Source: Fimbriimonadales bacterium (GTDB lineage Bacteria > Armatimonadota > Fimbriimonadia > Fimbriimonadales > ATM1). From it: a DNA stretch of 64,000 nt. Of the stretch, positions 39,630-50,373 are shown one piece after another. Position 1 is the first letter of the stretch. Each line of letters begins with the position of its first letter. Below the pieces are notes generated by a model. That model had not been told where the DNA came from. It did not search any database and was given only the letters and a program-made list of their open reading frames with translations. Where the stretch lies: contig JBPCLO010000051.1 in NCBI GenBank assembly GCA_051003155.1, positions 64,001 through 128,000 of the forward strand, read 5' to 3'. The position numbers and the translations under genes are program-made.

Positions 39630-41258
39630 TTAGTCGTTCGAATCCAAATCTACAGCTGGCGCGTCATCATCCCGACCGCGTCCCTTGGTCGACGGCTCGT
39701 TGATCTCTTTTAGCCCAAGCAAAGGAATGTCGACCTTGGCCGTCTTGGCCTTCTTTGATCGCCCACTCGGTTGCAGGCGCCTTGAGCGTCCGCCTTTGAA
39801 TATATTTCCAAGAACCCCGCGAACAATCGATCTACCAGCTTGTCCAGCAACTGATATAATCACGCGCATAATTGAATTTCCGACCGCTGTTGGAAGTGAA
39901 GCCCCCCTTCCTGTTCTCTCTCTATTGGCTACAGGCTCTTCGTTTACTGCTCCGGGAGCTGTTTTAGTGGAAGCCGCCGCCAACCGTTCAGCGAGCATCT
40001 CGTAGGCCGACTCGCGATCAACGGTCTCCTCATATTTTTCGCGGACCGGGCTGGCGTCGATAATCCCGCCGCGTTCCTGTGCGGTAATCGGGCCAAGCCG
40101 GGATGACGGTGGCCGGATCAACGTCTTCTGTACTATCGAGGGTACGCCCTTTTCCTCCAGTACCGAGACCAGAGCCTCGCCGACTTCAAGTTGGATGATG
40201 GCTTCTTCTACGTTCACGTTCGGATTTGGCCGGAATGTCTCTGCCGCGGCGCGCACCGCTTTTTGCTCTCGCGGTGTATATGCGCGCAGTGCATGTTGAA
40301 TCCGGCTTCCCAATTGCCCCAGAATCTTGTCGGGAACATCGAGTGGGTTCTGGGTGATGAAGAACACGCCCACACCCTTGGACCGCACGAGTCTGACCAC
40401 CTGCTCGATCTTCTCCACGAGCGCTGCGGGTGCGTCGTCGAACAGCAGATGCGCTTCGTCGAAGAAAAAGACCAACTTCGGTTTGTCGAGATCGCCCATC
40501 TCGGGGAGCTCCTCGAAAAGCTCGGTAAGCAGCCATAGGAGAAACGTCGCATAGAACCGTGGACTCTGCATTAGCTTTTCGGCAGAGATCACATTCACGT
40601 AGCCCTTGCCGTTCTCATCTACCTTCATGAGGTCGTTGATGTCCAGCGCAGTCTCGCCGAAGAATCCCTCCGCTCCCTGCTGTTCGAGGACGAGCAACGC
40701 CCTTTGGATCGCGCCGACGCTCGCGTCGGAAACGTTGCCGTATTGGACGGTGAAATCCTTAGAGTTCTCGGCCAAGAAGACGAGCATCTGGCGGAGGTCT
40801 TTGAGGTCCAAGAGCAACAACTCCTGCTCGTCCGCGATCTTGAACGCCATGTTCAGCACACCCTCTTGTGTGTCATTCAAGCTCATGAGCCGGGAGAGGA
40901 GTAGCGGGCCCATGTCGGAGACCGTTGCGCGGGTTGCGTGACCGGCCTGTGCGAACGGGTCCCAAAAGATTGTCGGGCAGGCTTTGAACTCATAAGGCTC
41001 GAATCTGATCTGCTGCGCGCGTTCGACCAGCTTTGGCTTCGGCTCTCCGGGCTGGCTGATGCCAGCGACGTCGCCCTTCACGTCAGCCATGAAAGTCGGA
41101 ACCCCGATGGCCGAGAAGCCCTCGGCAAGAATCTGCATCGAAACCGTCTTCCCGGTACCGGTTGCACCCGCAATGAGACCGTGTCGGTTGGCCATTTTGG
41201 GAAGGAGGTATAGCTCGGTTTCGCCGAGCCCGATGTAGATGCCCTTGCTCTCGTCCAT
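39630..41258 (-). CDS. DUF853 / YjgR HerA-like ATPase
   Basis: NRHGLIAGATGTGKT, DVKGD, FFFDEAHLLF, RSKGVG, TQNP, QHALRA. Confidence 0.95.
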   Translation of the reverse strand: MDESKGIYIGLGETELYLLPKMANRHGLIAGATGTGKTVSMQILAEGFSAIGVPTFMADVKGDVAGISQPGEPKPKLVERAQQIRFEPYEFKACPTIFWDPFAQAGHATRATVSDMGPLLLSRLMSLNDTQEGVLNMAFKIADEQELLLLDLKDLRQMLVFLAENSKDFTVQYGNVSDASVGAIQRALLVLEQQGAEGFFGETALDINDLMKVDENGKGYVNVISAEKLMQSPRFYATFLLWLLTELFEELPEMGDLDKPKLVFFFDEAHLLFDDAPAALVEKIEQVVRLVRSKGVGVFFITQNPLDVPDKILGQLGSRIQHALRAYTPREQKAVRAAAETFRPNPNVNVEEAIIQLEVGEALVSVLEEKGVPSIVQKTLIRPPSSRLGPITAQERGGIIDASPVREKYEETVDRESAYEMLAERLAAASTKTAPGAVNEEPVANRERTGRGASLPTAVGNSIMRVIISVAGQAGRSIVRGVLGNIFKGGRSRRLQPSGRSKKAKTAKVDIPLLGLKEINEPSTKGRGRDDDAPAVDLDSND

Positions 41259-41285
41259 GCGCGGTAATTGTGGCCCAAACGAGTC

Positions 41286-42401
41286 TTACTTCTTGGTCGC
41301 TTCTTCGAGCGCCTGGGCGAACTTCGCGCCGATCGTCTCCCAGCCGTAGCTCCGCACAGCCTCAGACCGCGCCCGGCGGCCCATTTCGGCGAGCTCGTTC
41401 CGCGGAGTCTCCGCGAGGCGGTTCATACCCTCCACCATCCCTTCAACGGTGTTGCCCACCACCCAACCAACTCCGAGGTCGCGAATTAGTTGCGCGGTGT
41501 CATACGCTTCGCCGCTCAAAATCGGCCTGCCCAGCGCGAGCGACTCGGGCCATTTGGTTGGCGCGGCGCCGTTCTTGTATTTCACGGCGTCCGGGTGGGC
41601 GACGATCACCGTGCAATCCGAATCCATTAGCTCTGCGATGAGCTTGTCGTGAGGCGTTTGCGAAGCGGTGATAATCCCGACGGCGTCGGCCCGGCGGCGA
41701 AGCCCAGCATCGCTTGGCGTGAACCCGATCATCTTCATGCGCAACTTCGCGTTGCCTACTCGCTCGTAGGCGCGCACCAGCCCGTCCGCTCCCTGATAGC
41801 CCACCATCGTTCCGGCATAGCAAAGCAGCGGCGGGCCGCTTGCCGCCGGTGGGCCGATGTCGAACCTTTCGAGGTCGACTCCATGCCGAACCTCGCGCAT
41901 TCGCTCCAGAGGGTAACCGCGCCGAGCATAGAAGTCCCGCTGAATCGAAGAGCACCAAAGCAGCATGTCGCTCTTCTTTACGCACGTCAACTCGGACACC
42001 GAAGCCTCGACATAGACGACGAAGTTTCGGAGCGACGGCTTCATGCGGAACTGCATCCACTTCTCGCCCACATGCGGCGTGTGAACGTCGTAGACGACCG
42101 GCACCTTCGTCTTCCGCAGAGCCCAGGCCGCCAGTCCCGTCGCCTCGGCGCTTGCCCCATAGACCGCCCTGAAATCTCCATATCGCTGGCGCAGCCAGCC
42201 GCTTTTCAGCATTCTTCGGATGGCGGAAGTATCACTCGAAGAGCGTCTGCTGTATACGGCGTCACTCTCGAATCTCCGAGCCTCCGCCTCCTTTCTCAAG
42301 CGATCAGCGCGGTGATAGTAAGCGATATTTTCGGGACGGCGCGTTTCCCCTTCGGTTCCGTACAAGACGTACCCGATCCTGCGGTTCTCCTTCAAATTCA
42401 T
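41286..42401 (-). CDS. Glycosyltransferase family 4
   Basis: VVYDVH, HGVD, YAGT...QG, PTKWPESLALGRP, MGRRAR...YGWE; start uncertain (42401 or 42437). Confidence 0.87.
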   Translation of the reverse strand: MNLKENRRIGYVLYGTEGETRRPENIAYYHRADRLRKEAEARRFESDAVYSRRSSSDTSAIRRMLKSGWLRQRYGDFRAVYGASAEATGLAAWALRKTKVPVVYDVHTPHVGEKWMQFRMKPSLRNFVVYVEASVSELTCVKKSDMLLWCSSIQRDFYARRGYPLERMREVRHGVDLERFDIGPPAASGPPLLCYAGTMVGYQGADGLVRAYERVGNAKLRMKMIGFTPSDAGLRRRADAVGIITASQTPHDKLIAELMDSDCTVIVAHPDAVKYKNGAAPTKWPESLALGRPILSGEAYDTAQLIRDLGVGWVVGNTVEGMVEGMNRLAETPRNELAEMGRRARSEAVRSYGWETIGAKFAQALEEATKK

Positions 42402-42442
42402 CGAACACCGAAAGTCTACACCCCGGTACAATTCCACGACAC

Positions 42443-43192
42443 ATGAAGGCTCTAATCCCCGTATTCATCGTAGCCTACGCCCTCGCCGGCTGCTCCGCCA
42501 CGCGCTCAACTTCGGCCGACCAGATACTCGATGACGGCCTCACCTTGAAAATGAATGGCAAGCTGGGTGACCAAGATCGCTACAGAGTCCTGACCCAAAT
42601 GACGCTCGACATGTCGAACATGGCGCAGCCCAACGGAAAGTCGCCGAAGGACACGAAGATGACGACGAGCCTGTCGATGGACACTGTGAACACATTGAAG
42701 TCGGTGGCGGAAGGCAAATTCACATGGGCCATCAAGATAGCAAACGTTCAGGTCACCGGAAACATGCCTGGAGCCGACGCAGCGGCGAAGCAGTTGAAGG
42801 GCAAGGAATCTACCGTGGTCCTGGATGAGAGGGGCAAAATGCTCGCCGTAAAGGGTGAGCTCGAACAGATCATGGGCACTTCGGGAGGAAGTATCGCGAT
42901 CGAGCTTCCATCAAAGAAGATTCACGTTGGAGAAACCTGGGATACGGTCACAGAGGCATCGGGAGCCCAAATAACCACCACCTACAAGGCCAACAGAATA
43001 GAACAAGTCGACGGCGAAGACGCCCTGTACGTCACGGGCACGATCAAGCCCAACTCGACCGTCAAGAACGAGGGCCCGGTCAAGGCTTGGATCAGCATCG
43101 AGACCGGCCGAATCCTTAAATCGGAAGCGACGATCGAGCTAATCGAACTCGGCGGCGCAAAGGTCAAGGCTTCGATCACCAAGGTTCGCTAA
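42443..43192 (+). CDS. Lipoprotein, DUF6263-like
   Basis: Lipobox LAGC; LPSKKIHVGETW resembles YPNKEVKIGEPW of 5351-6073. Confidence 0.72.
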   Translation: MKALIPVFIVAYALAGCSATRSTSADQILDDGLTLKMNGKLGDQDRYRVLTQMTLDMSNMAQPNGKSPKDTKMTTSLSMDTVNTLKSVAEGKFTWAIKIANVQVTGNMPGADAAAKQLKGKESTVVLDERGKMLAVKGELEQIMGTSGGSIAIELPSKKIHVGETWDTVTEASGAQITTTYKANRIEQVDGEDALYVTGTIKPNSTVKNEGPVKAWISIETGRILKSEATIELIELGGAKVKASITKVR

Positions 43193-43256
43193 CATGTGGG
43201 CACGCGAACGATTCCAACCGAACTATTAGTCTATGAAAGGACAGCTGGCTCATTAA

Positions 43257-45251
43257 ATGAAAAACCTACGCGCGATTACATTTTCCCTCGGCTTCCTAGC
43301 TCTCACAAGCTGCGCCTTCGCCCAGTGGATTCACCTCAAATACGACTCCTTCGATCCGGCGGTGAGGACGCCGAGCATTCCCCAAGAGCTCGTTGCGGGC
43401 TGGATCAGCGGAGAGACTCATTACATATTGCAGTTCGCCCGGCGTCCGTCCGCCCAGGAGCTTGGACGGGTCGCTTCGGTTGTGCGACTTGGCGGCTATT
43501 TGCCGGAGCATGCCTATGTGGTTGCCGCGACACCGTCGCAGGTCTCGTTCCTGCGCGGCTTGCCGGGTGTCCGGTGGCTCGGCGCTTTCCAGCCGGCATA
43601 TAAGCTGAGCAACGACATCGGCCATCGCAGCTTCTACTCCAACGATCGCATTAGCGAAAGGCTCGGCGGAATGTACCGCTTCACGGCGACCCTGTTCGAT
43701 GGCGCGGATGCCGGCGCGACCTTGGCGAAATGCGCACGCAGCGGCATTGAAGTCATCAGCGCAAGCCGCGTCGGGCCGCGTTGGGTTCTCTCGCTGCGCG
43801 GAACTCTCGATAAGGCTGCCGCTCTTGCCCACATGGACGACGTCGGGTTCATTGAGGAATCGGCCGATCATGCGCTTCGCAACGACATTACCAAGTGGGT
43901 CGGGCAGTCAAACACCAACGGTGAAGTCCCCGTTTGGAATAAGGGTATCCGGGGCGAGAACCAGATCGCGGGACTCATCGACAGCAAAGTGTACATGCCG
44001 CACAACATGTTCAAGGACGCCTCCAACAACACGCCAGGACCCAACCACCGAAAGGTCATCTATTACTCGTCCCAGTCCGGCTTCGGCGGCGGCGATTTCC
44101 ACGGAACTCATACGGCGGGCACATTTGCCGGAGACCAGGAGCCGATTACCGGCTCTATAGTCCGCAACGGAATGGCCTACAGAGCCAAGATCGCCTTCAC
44201 GAACCTGAACGACGTTTGGGGTGGCGACCTCTACAGCGCGCTTTTGGGCGCTCACAACGTCGGCGCCCGAGTCCACTCGAACTCCTGGGGCGACGACGGA
44301 ACTACCCAGTACACCAGCGATTGTCAACAGATCGACCAGTACTCTTGGGATCACGAGAACGGCATGGTGGCGTTCGCCGTCACCAATTTGAATTCGCTGA
44401 AGACTCCCGAGAACGCGAAGAGTGTCTTGGCGGTCGGCGCGTCCGAACAGGCTCCCAATCAGGCACAGCATGGGTCGGGCGGAGCGGGACCCACCAACGA
44501 CGGCCGCCGCAAGCCGGAGGTCTATTCCCCAGGTGTCGGAATCTGGTCGGCCCAGAGCGGCAATCCCAATGGTTACGCGCAGGCGACCGGCACCTCGATG
44601 GCCTGCCCGTCCGCAAGCGGATTCGGGCTTTTGGCGAGGCAGTACTACACCGAAGGCTGGCTGCGCACCGGCGCGGCCAATCCCGTTGACGGGTTCGAAC
44701 CGTCCGGCGCTCTCCTTAGGGCGACCCTTATGAACGGCTCCGTCGACATGACCGGCATTGCCGGTTATCCGAGCAACTCCGAAGGCTGGGGGCGCATCCT
44801 CCTCGACAATGTGCTTTGGTTCGCCGGAGAGCCGCGGCGAACGCTTGCCTGGGATATCCGAAACGCAACGGGGCTCGTGACGGGGCAGACTTACACCGGC
44901 GCGGCCATCGCTGTTCAGACGAGCAGTCTCCCGCTGCGCGTAACGATGTCGTTCACGGATTATCCCGCACAAGTTTTCACCAACTTCGCGGCAGTCAACG
45001 ACGTCGACCTCGAGGTGGTTGCCCCCGACGGAACCGTTTACCGCGGCAACGTCTTTTCCGGTGGCCAATCGACGAGCGGAGGAGCGGCGGACGTCAAGAA
45101 CAGCACCGAAATGGTCGTCTTCAACACGCCGGCTCCAGGCATCTACCGAATCCGGGTCAAGGCTCGCGAGGTGAATCAGGGTGGGCGGCAAGGGTTTGCT
45201 TTGGTGGCGAACGGCCGCATCAGCCCGGCTTCGAGATCGACCCGCTCGTAG
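43257..45251 (+). CDS. Secreted subtilisin-like S8 serine peptidase
   Basis: Triad motifs LIDS, HGTHTAG, GTSMACP; RKPEV, GWGR. Confidence 0.93.
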   Translation: MKNLRAITFSLGFLALTSCAFAQWIHLKYDSFDPAVRTPSIPQELVAGWISGETHYILQFARRPSAQELGRVASVVRLGGYLPEHAYVVAATPSQVSFLRGLPGVRWLGAFQPAYKLSNDIGHRSFYSNDRISERLGGMYRFTATLFDGADAGATLAKCARSGIEVISASRVGPRWVLSLRGTLDKAAALAHMDDVGFIEESADHALRNDITKWVGQSNTNGEVPVWNKGIRGENQIAGLIDSKVYMPHNMFKDASNNTPGPNHRKVIYYSSQSGFGGGDFHGTHTAGTFAGDQEPITGSIVRNGMAYRAKIAFTNLNDVWGGDLYSALLGAHNVGARVHSNSWGDDGTTQYTSDCQQIDQYSWDHENGMVAFAVTNLNSLKTPENAKSVLAVGASEQAPNQAQHGSGGAGPTNDGRRKPEVYSPGVGIWSAQSGNPNGYAQATGTSMACPSASGFGLLARQYYTEGWLRTGAANPVDGFEPSGALLRATLMNGSVDMTGIAGYPSNSEGWGRILLDNVLWFAGEPRRTLAWDIRNATGLVTGQTYTGAAIAVQTSSLPLRVTMSFTDYPAQVFTNFAAVNDVDLEVVAPDGTVYRGNVFSGGQSTSGGAADVKNSTEMVVFNTPAPGIYRIRVKAREVNQGGRQGFALVANGRISPASRSTRS

Positions 45252-45505
45252 CTTCGGCTTAGCCTGGCTCTCTCGCTGATGGTCAGTTGATCGGAAGGGG
45301 GGCGCCTCTGGGCCGACCCGGCGCTCCCTTGCAGGACGCGGAATGTCGTCATCACGAGAGCTACGCGCCAGGGAATGTGACGTGATGACGCCTATTCATT
45401 GTCAGGCGGTTATCCTCATCCAACTGCTGACTGAGGACTCCAAGGGGCTGAGCGACAACTGTCTGCACCTCGCCGCCGGAGCGGCGATGGCAGTTGCGGG
45501 GTGGA

Positions 45506-46546
45506 TTACACCAGTGCAACTTCGTTCGCGCCGCGCGTAACCTCGCCGATGATGAAGGCGGTTTCGCCGGCGTCGTTGAGCCTTTGGACGACGGCGCCTG
45601 CCGCTTCGCTGGGGCAAACGAGCGCAATGCCGATGCCCATGTTAAAGACGTGGAACATCTCTTCGTCATCGATTCCGCCGGCTTCTTGAATGATTCCGAA
45701 AATGGGGTTCGGGGTCCACGAGCGCCTCTCGATAACCGCGCCGAAGCTCGATCCGAGGGCCCGGGGCAGGTTTTCGTAGAGGCCGCCGCCGGTGATGTGC
45801 GCCATGGCACGAACCAACCCACCCTCGTCGATCAGTGGGCCGATCGACGACAGGTATGACCGGTGCGGCCGGAGCAATTCCTCCGCCAGGCTCCGGCCTA
45901 GGTCGGGCAACTGCTCGGTGTGTGCGCGATTGCCGCGTTTGAAGAGGGCGGCCCGGGCGAGTGAAAAGCCGTTGGTGTGGAGGCCGTCCGAAGCAAGGCC
46001 GACGATGAGGTCGCCGTGGCCGACGTTGGCAGATGGCAGGATTTGGTTGCGATCCACAACGCCCGTAATGGCGCCGACTACGTCGAATTCGCCGTCGGTG
46101 TAAACGCCCGGCATCTCGGCGGTTTCGCCACCCAGAAGGGCACAACCGTTCTCGCGACACGCTTCCGCAGCGCCGTCCACGATGTCGGCGAGAATGTCCA
46201 CTGAAAGTTTCGCCGTGCCGAAATAGTCCATGAAGAAAAGCGGCTTCGCCCCCTGGACGAGGATGTCATTAACGCTGTGGCATACGATATCGCGGCCAAG
46301 ACCGCGATAGAGCCCGGCTTTCGCCGCTACCGCCGTCTTGGTGCCCACTCCATCGATGCTGCTGACGAGAACGGGGTCCGCCAGGCCAGGGAAGACGCCC
46401 GAGATCATCCCGCCGAAAGCGCCGACATCGCCAATAACGGTAGGGGTGTAGGTCGAGCGAATGGACTCTTTGATGGAATCGAGGGAGCGGCGCGCCTCGG
46501 TGAGATTTACCCCGGCGCTGCGATAACTCAAGCCGTCCTCGGACAT
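45506..46546 (-). CDS. purM: Phosphoribosylformylglycinamidine cyclo-ligase
   Basis: YRSAGV, DGVGTK, GGETAEMPG, GLHTNG, HITGGG, FNMGIG. Confidence 0.97.
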   Translation of the reverse strand: MSEDGLSYRSAGVNLTEARRSLDSIKESIRSTYTPTVIGDVGAFGGMISGVFPGLADPVLVSSIDGVGTKTAVAAKAGLYRGLGRDIVCHSVNDILVQGAKPLFFMDYFGTAKLSVDILADIVDGAAEACRENGCALLGGETAEMPGVYTDGEFDVVGAITGVVDRNQILPSANVGHGDLIVGLASDGLHTNGFSLARAALFKRGNRAHTEQLPDLGRSLAEELLRPHRSYLSSIGPLIDEGGLVRAMAHITGGGLYENLPRALGSSFGAVIERRSWTPNPIFGIIQEAGGIDDEEMFHVFNMGIGIALVCPSEAAGAVVQRLNDAGETAFIIGEVTRGANEVALV

Positions 46547-46569
46547 GGCGTTTAGGTTACCCGCTGACC

Positions 46570-46917
46570 CTAGGTGCAGTATGCGAGCTGCTGGTTGGCC
46601 CTCTCGTGATCGGGATCGATGAGGAGGACGCTACGAAACTCCGCGCAAGCCTCGTCGAAGAACCCGAGCATGTTGAGGGTCATTGCGTAGTCGTACCGGA
46701 TCTCCGTGTCGCCGGGCGCTTGCTCCGAAAGTTCTCTTAGAGCGGCGAGGCTTCCGTCAAAATCGCCCTCGAATCCCATGATAAGGGCCAATTGCCACCG
46801 GGCTTTGGGGTGGCCGGGAGAGCTCGCTAGGACAGCCTCGAACGCTTCGCGCGCGAGGGCATAGTTGCCCTCGCACCGATGGGTATAACCGATTTCGTAT
46901 TGCTCTCCGGGCGTCAT
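46570..46917 (-). CDS. TPR protein
   Basis: TPR-like helices (AREAFEAVL, ACAEFRSVLLIDP). Confidence 0.8.
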   Translation of the reverse strand: MTPGEQYEIGYTHRCEGNYALAREAFEAVLASSPGHPKARWQLALIMGFEGDFDGSLAALRELSEQAPGDTEIRYDYAMTLNMLGFFDEACAEFRSVLLIDPDHERANQQLAYCT

Positions 46918-46965
46918 GGACGACAGTCGTTGCCGGGACGCCGATTGGTGCGACCCTGTGGGATT

Positions 46966-48888
46966 CTACGTTTCCGCAGTACCCGGTTTCAACTTCGGCG
47001 GGATAATTCCTTCTTTCTTGGCGGGCTTTTCGCTTTCGACGATCTTGGCTTTGTCCTCCGACGGCTTCCCCGAAGTGCCTTCCATGATCCGGAGGAACTC
47101 TTCTCGCTCGAGCGTCTCGTTCTCCAGGAGTGCGGCGACGACCGCGTCGAGCTTCTGCCGGTGCATTTCCAGGATTTCGGTGGCGCGCCGATGGCATGTC
47201 TCTACGATCTCGCGCACTTCGTCGTCGATGAGCTTCGCGACGTCTTCGCTGTAGTTGCGCTCATCCATGTAGTCGCGACCTAGGAACGGGTTGTGGCTGC
47301 GGCGGCCGAGGGTGAGCGTGCCGAGCTTGTCGCTCATGCCGTATTGGCAAACCATGGCGCGCGTGATGGCCGTTACTCGTTCAAGGTCGTTGCTCGCGCC
47401 CGTGGTCACTTCGCCGTACACCAGTTCTTCCGCGACTCGGCCGGCAAGCAAAGCAGTCACGTCATCCATCAATTCCTGCTTGCTGACAAGATACTTGTCG
47501 CTCATCGGAAGCTGCCAGGTGCTGCCGAGCGACATTCCGCGCGGCAAAATCGTCACCTTGTGGACCGGGTCGGTGTATTCCAGCAGTTCACCCACGACGG
47601 CGTGTCCGGCCTCGTGGTAAGCGATGGTTTCGCGCTCTTTGGGGTCGAGGACCCTGCTCTTTCGTTGCGGACCCGCGATCACTCGGTCTAGCGCCTCTTC
47701 GATGCTGGACTGGGCGATTTTGGGTTCGCCCTTGCGCGCGCTGAGCAACGCAGATTCGTTGAGGGTATTCGCGAGGTCCGCTCCCGTGAAGCCGACCGTT
47801 CGCTTCGCAATCAGGTCGAGGCGCACATCGTCTTCGAACGGCTTGCCCTTCGAGTGAATCTTGAGAATCTCCTCTCGGCCCTTAGCATCGGGCGCGTCTA
47901 CGACGATCTGGCGGTCGAATCGGCCGGGCCTCAGGAGTGCCGGGTCGAGAACGTCAGGCCGGTTGGTAGCCGCGATCATGATGACGCCGGAGTTCGGATC
48001 GAATCCGTCCATTTCGACGAGCAATTGGTTTAGGGTCTGCTCGCGCTCGTCGTGGCCGCCACCAAGTCCCGCTCCGCGCTGGCGTCCGACGGCGTCGATC
48101 TCATCGACGAAAATCAGGCTGGGGCGATGTGCCTTGGCAGTTTCAAAAAGGTCTCGAACGCGGGCCGCGCCCACACCGACGAACATCTCGACGAAGTCCG
48201 AGCCGCTAATATGGAAGAAGGGCACACCTGCCTCTCCCGCTACCGCCCGCGCAAGGTGGGTCTTGCCGCAGCCCGGAGGGCCGGTCAGAAGAACGCCCTT
48301 CGGGATCTTGGCCCCAAGCGCCACATACTTCTTCGTGTTCTTGAGGAAGTCGACGATTTCTTCGAGCTCTGCTCGGGCCTCGTCGATGCCGGCCACGTCT
48401 TCGAAGGTCACCTTGGGAATGCTCTCGTTCACACGTCGAGCTTTGCTCCTGCCGAAACTCAGCGCTTGGTTCCCGCTTGCCTGCGCCTGTCGGATAAAAA
48501 AGTACCAAAGTGCGACCAGGATGGCGATGGGAACGAGCAGCGTGATGAGCGTAGCCATGAGCCCGTCGCTGATCATCGGGTCTTTGAAGTTTACTTTGAC
48601 TTTGTTGTTGTCGAGGACCGCCGTTAGGCTTTCGCCGAGTGGGGTTTGCTTTTCGACAGCGTTGACAATCCGCTTGCTCTCGTCCGTGTACGTGGCGGTA
48701 ATCTTGTCTCGCTGCCACGAGACTTCGCGCACGAGCTTTACTTTGGCGTCTGCGAGGAGTTGGGAGTAGCTTATATGCTCCGGCCCCGGCGTAAATATGC
48801 CGCCACCGCTACCCATCGTGCTGATAAAGTAGATGAGTCCTGTCAATAAAATGATGGTGATGAAGAGTGTCCTGATTCGGCTGTTCAA
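46966..48888 (-). CDS. ftsH: ATP-dependent zinc metalloprotease FtsH
   Basis: Two TM helices, [25 protein letters not shown]. Confidence 0.98.
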   Translation of the reverse strand: MNSRIRTLFITIILLTGLIYFISTMGSGGGIFTPGPEHISYSQLLADAKVKLVREVSWQRDKITATYTDESKRIVNAVEKQTPLGESLTAVLDNNKVKVNFKDPMISDGLMATLITLLVPIAILVALWYFFIRQAQASGNQALSFGRSKARRVNESIPKVTFEDVAGIDEARAELEEIVDFLKNTKKYVALGAKIPKGVLLTGPPGCGKTHLARAVAGEAGVPFFHISGSDFVEMFVGVGAARVRDLFETAKAHRPSLIFVDEIDAVGRQRGAGLGGGHDEREQTLNQLLVEMDGFDPNSGVIMIAATNRPDVLDPALLRPGRFDRQIVVDAPDAKGREEILKIHSKGKPFEDDVRLDLIAKRTVGFTGADLANTLNESALLSARKGEPKIAQSSIEEALDRVIAGPQRKSRVLDPKERETIAYHEAGHAVVGELLEYTDPVHKVTILPRGMSLGSTWQLPMSDKYLVSKQELMDDVTALLAGRVAEELVYGEVTTGASNDLERVTAITRAMVCQYGMSDKLGTLTLGRRSHNPFLGRDYMDERNYSEDVAKLIDDEVREIVETCHRRATEILEMHRQKLDAVVAALLENETLEREEFLRIMEGTSGKPSEDKAKIVESEKPAKKEGIIPPKLKPGTAET

Positions 48889-48980
48889 AAATTCCTCCGG
48901 ACGCCGCCGCGCCCTTCAATGAGTCCTACGCCTTGCGACGCATAGGGGTTTCTATACGTTACGGGCACGAAGGCACACAA

Positions 48981-50363
48981 TTATACCGCTTCGCGGGTTC
49001 CGAGCGGGTTCAGGCGCATAGCGAGCTTGCGGCCTGCGCCCGATACTTTGACGCGCTCGGCGATTGAAATGGCAGGAATCCAAATGGGTCCGATCATATC
49101 GTAAACGATCGGCAGCCTGGCCTTCATGGCGGAGGTTACGTGTGAGTTAGTTAGCAAATCCTGCAGCTTTCGTTCACTTTTCGCCCCATAAGGCTTCATG
49201 CGATCGCCCGGCTGGAATGACCTGACGTACAGATTACCCTTGGCCCGATCCGAGTCGATGACGGCGTTCAGCGAGGCGCGTTCTCGAGGCGGCTCCTCAC
49301 ATGTCTCCCAAGCCGCCAACGACCACCCCATTTCGTCGCTGATCGTTTCGCCAGGGATTGTCAGCGCCTGCCGATAGGACGGCACAGGCATCAGGCTCCT
49401 CGCCCGGACTGTCTCCGCGTCGATCTCGACTACAACTAGGCCACCCTCGAACGTGATAGCGGTCGCTTCGCCTAACCTGATGGCCTCGGCGCACCTCTGC
49501 GCTTGCTCAAAATCGGCGACGGCGCCGAGCGCTCTGGCGAGCAGCCGAATGCCCCGGCGAACGAGAGCGAAGGGATAATGGCGGAGCCGGGCGGCGTTAA
49601 CGACGATCTCCAAATCGGCCACGAGGAACCGGAGTGGGTGCTCATTTGGGATTTCAGTGTTCTCAAGCATTGCCGTCGCCATCGCATCCAACAGGGCATC
49701 TTCTTCGCGGAGGATTTCGGCGAGTCGGGACGCGTTTTCTACAACCCGCTCGTTCACGCGCTCGAGGGCGCGAATCACATTCGACCGAATGTCGACCCGT
49801 GCGAACTGGGAGTCCTCGTTCGCCGGGTCGTCGTGAAACCACAGGCCGTTTTCCTCGCAATATGTCCTTGCCTCGTGCTTGCGTGCCCAAAGGAGCGGAC
49901 GAATCACGTAATCCCTCTCGATCGGAATCCCGGCGAGGCCGGCCATCCCCGATCCGCGCGCGAGGTTCATCAGCATGGATTCGGCGTTGTCGTCGGCGGT
50001 GTGCGCGGTCGCCACCTTTGCGCCCAGCTGCCGGTGGACCTGCCGGAAGAACTCGTATCTGGCATTTCGTCCGGCTTCCTCGATGCCGACTTTCGTCGCC
50101 GTGGCAATGGCAGGCACATCTGCCTGGCCGGAGAGAAACACCGCACCGATGCTGTTAGCGAATTGCTCGCATCGCTCCTGTTCATCGTCTGCCTCCGGCC
50201 TCTGGCCATGGTGGAGATGCACCGCAACCACGCTGTAACCGGCTCGGTGCAGGAGGTGGACCAGGCAGGTGGAATCTGCGCCCCCGGAGTAGCCGACGGC
50301 CACGCTCTGGCCGGGCACTAAAAGACGATGGTTGGCAACGAACGCCTTGAGTCGCGTCAGCAT
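48981..50363 (-). CDS. tilS: tRNA(Ile)-lysidine synthetase
   Basis: SGGADS, TAHTADD, IRPLL, DPAN, TilS C-terminal PGDRM. Confidence 0.95.
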   Translation of the reverse strand: MLTRLKAFVANHRLLVPGQSVAVGYSGGADSTCLVHLLHRAGYSVVAVHLHHGQRPEADDEQERCEQFANSIGAVFLSGQADVPAIATATKVGIEEAGRNARYEFFRQVHRQLGAKVATAHTADDNAESMLMNLARGSGMAGLAGIPIERDYVIRPLLWARKHEARTYCEENGLWFHDDPANEDSQFARVDIRSNVIRALERVNERVVENASRLAEILREEDALLDAMATAMLENTEIPNEHPLRFLVADLEIVVNAARLRHYPFALVRRGIRLLARALGAVADFEQAQRCAEAIRLGEATAITFEGGLVVVEIDAETVRARSLMPVPSYRQALTIPGETISDEMGWSLAAWETCEEPPRERASLNAVIDSDRAKGNLYVRSFQPGDRMKPYGAKSERKLQDLLTNSHVTSAMKARLPIVYDMIGPIWIPAISIAERVKVSGAGRKLAMRLNPLGTREAV

Positions 50364-50373
50364 GGAAACTGAA

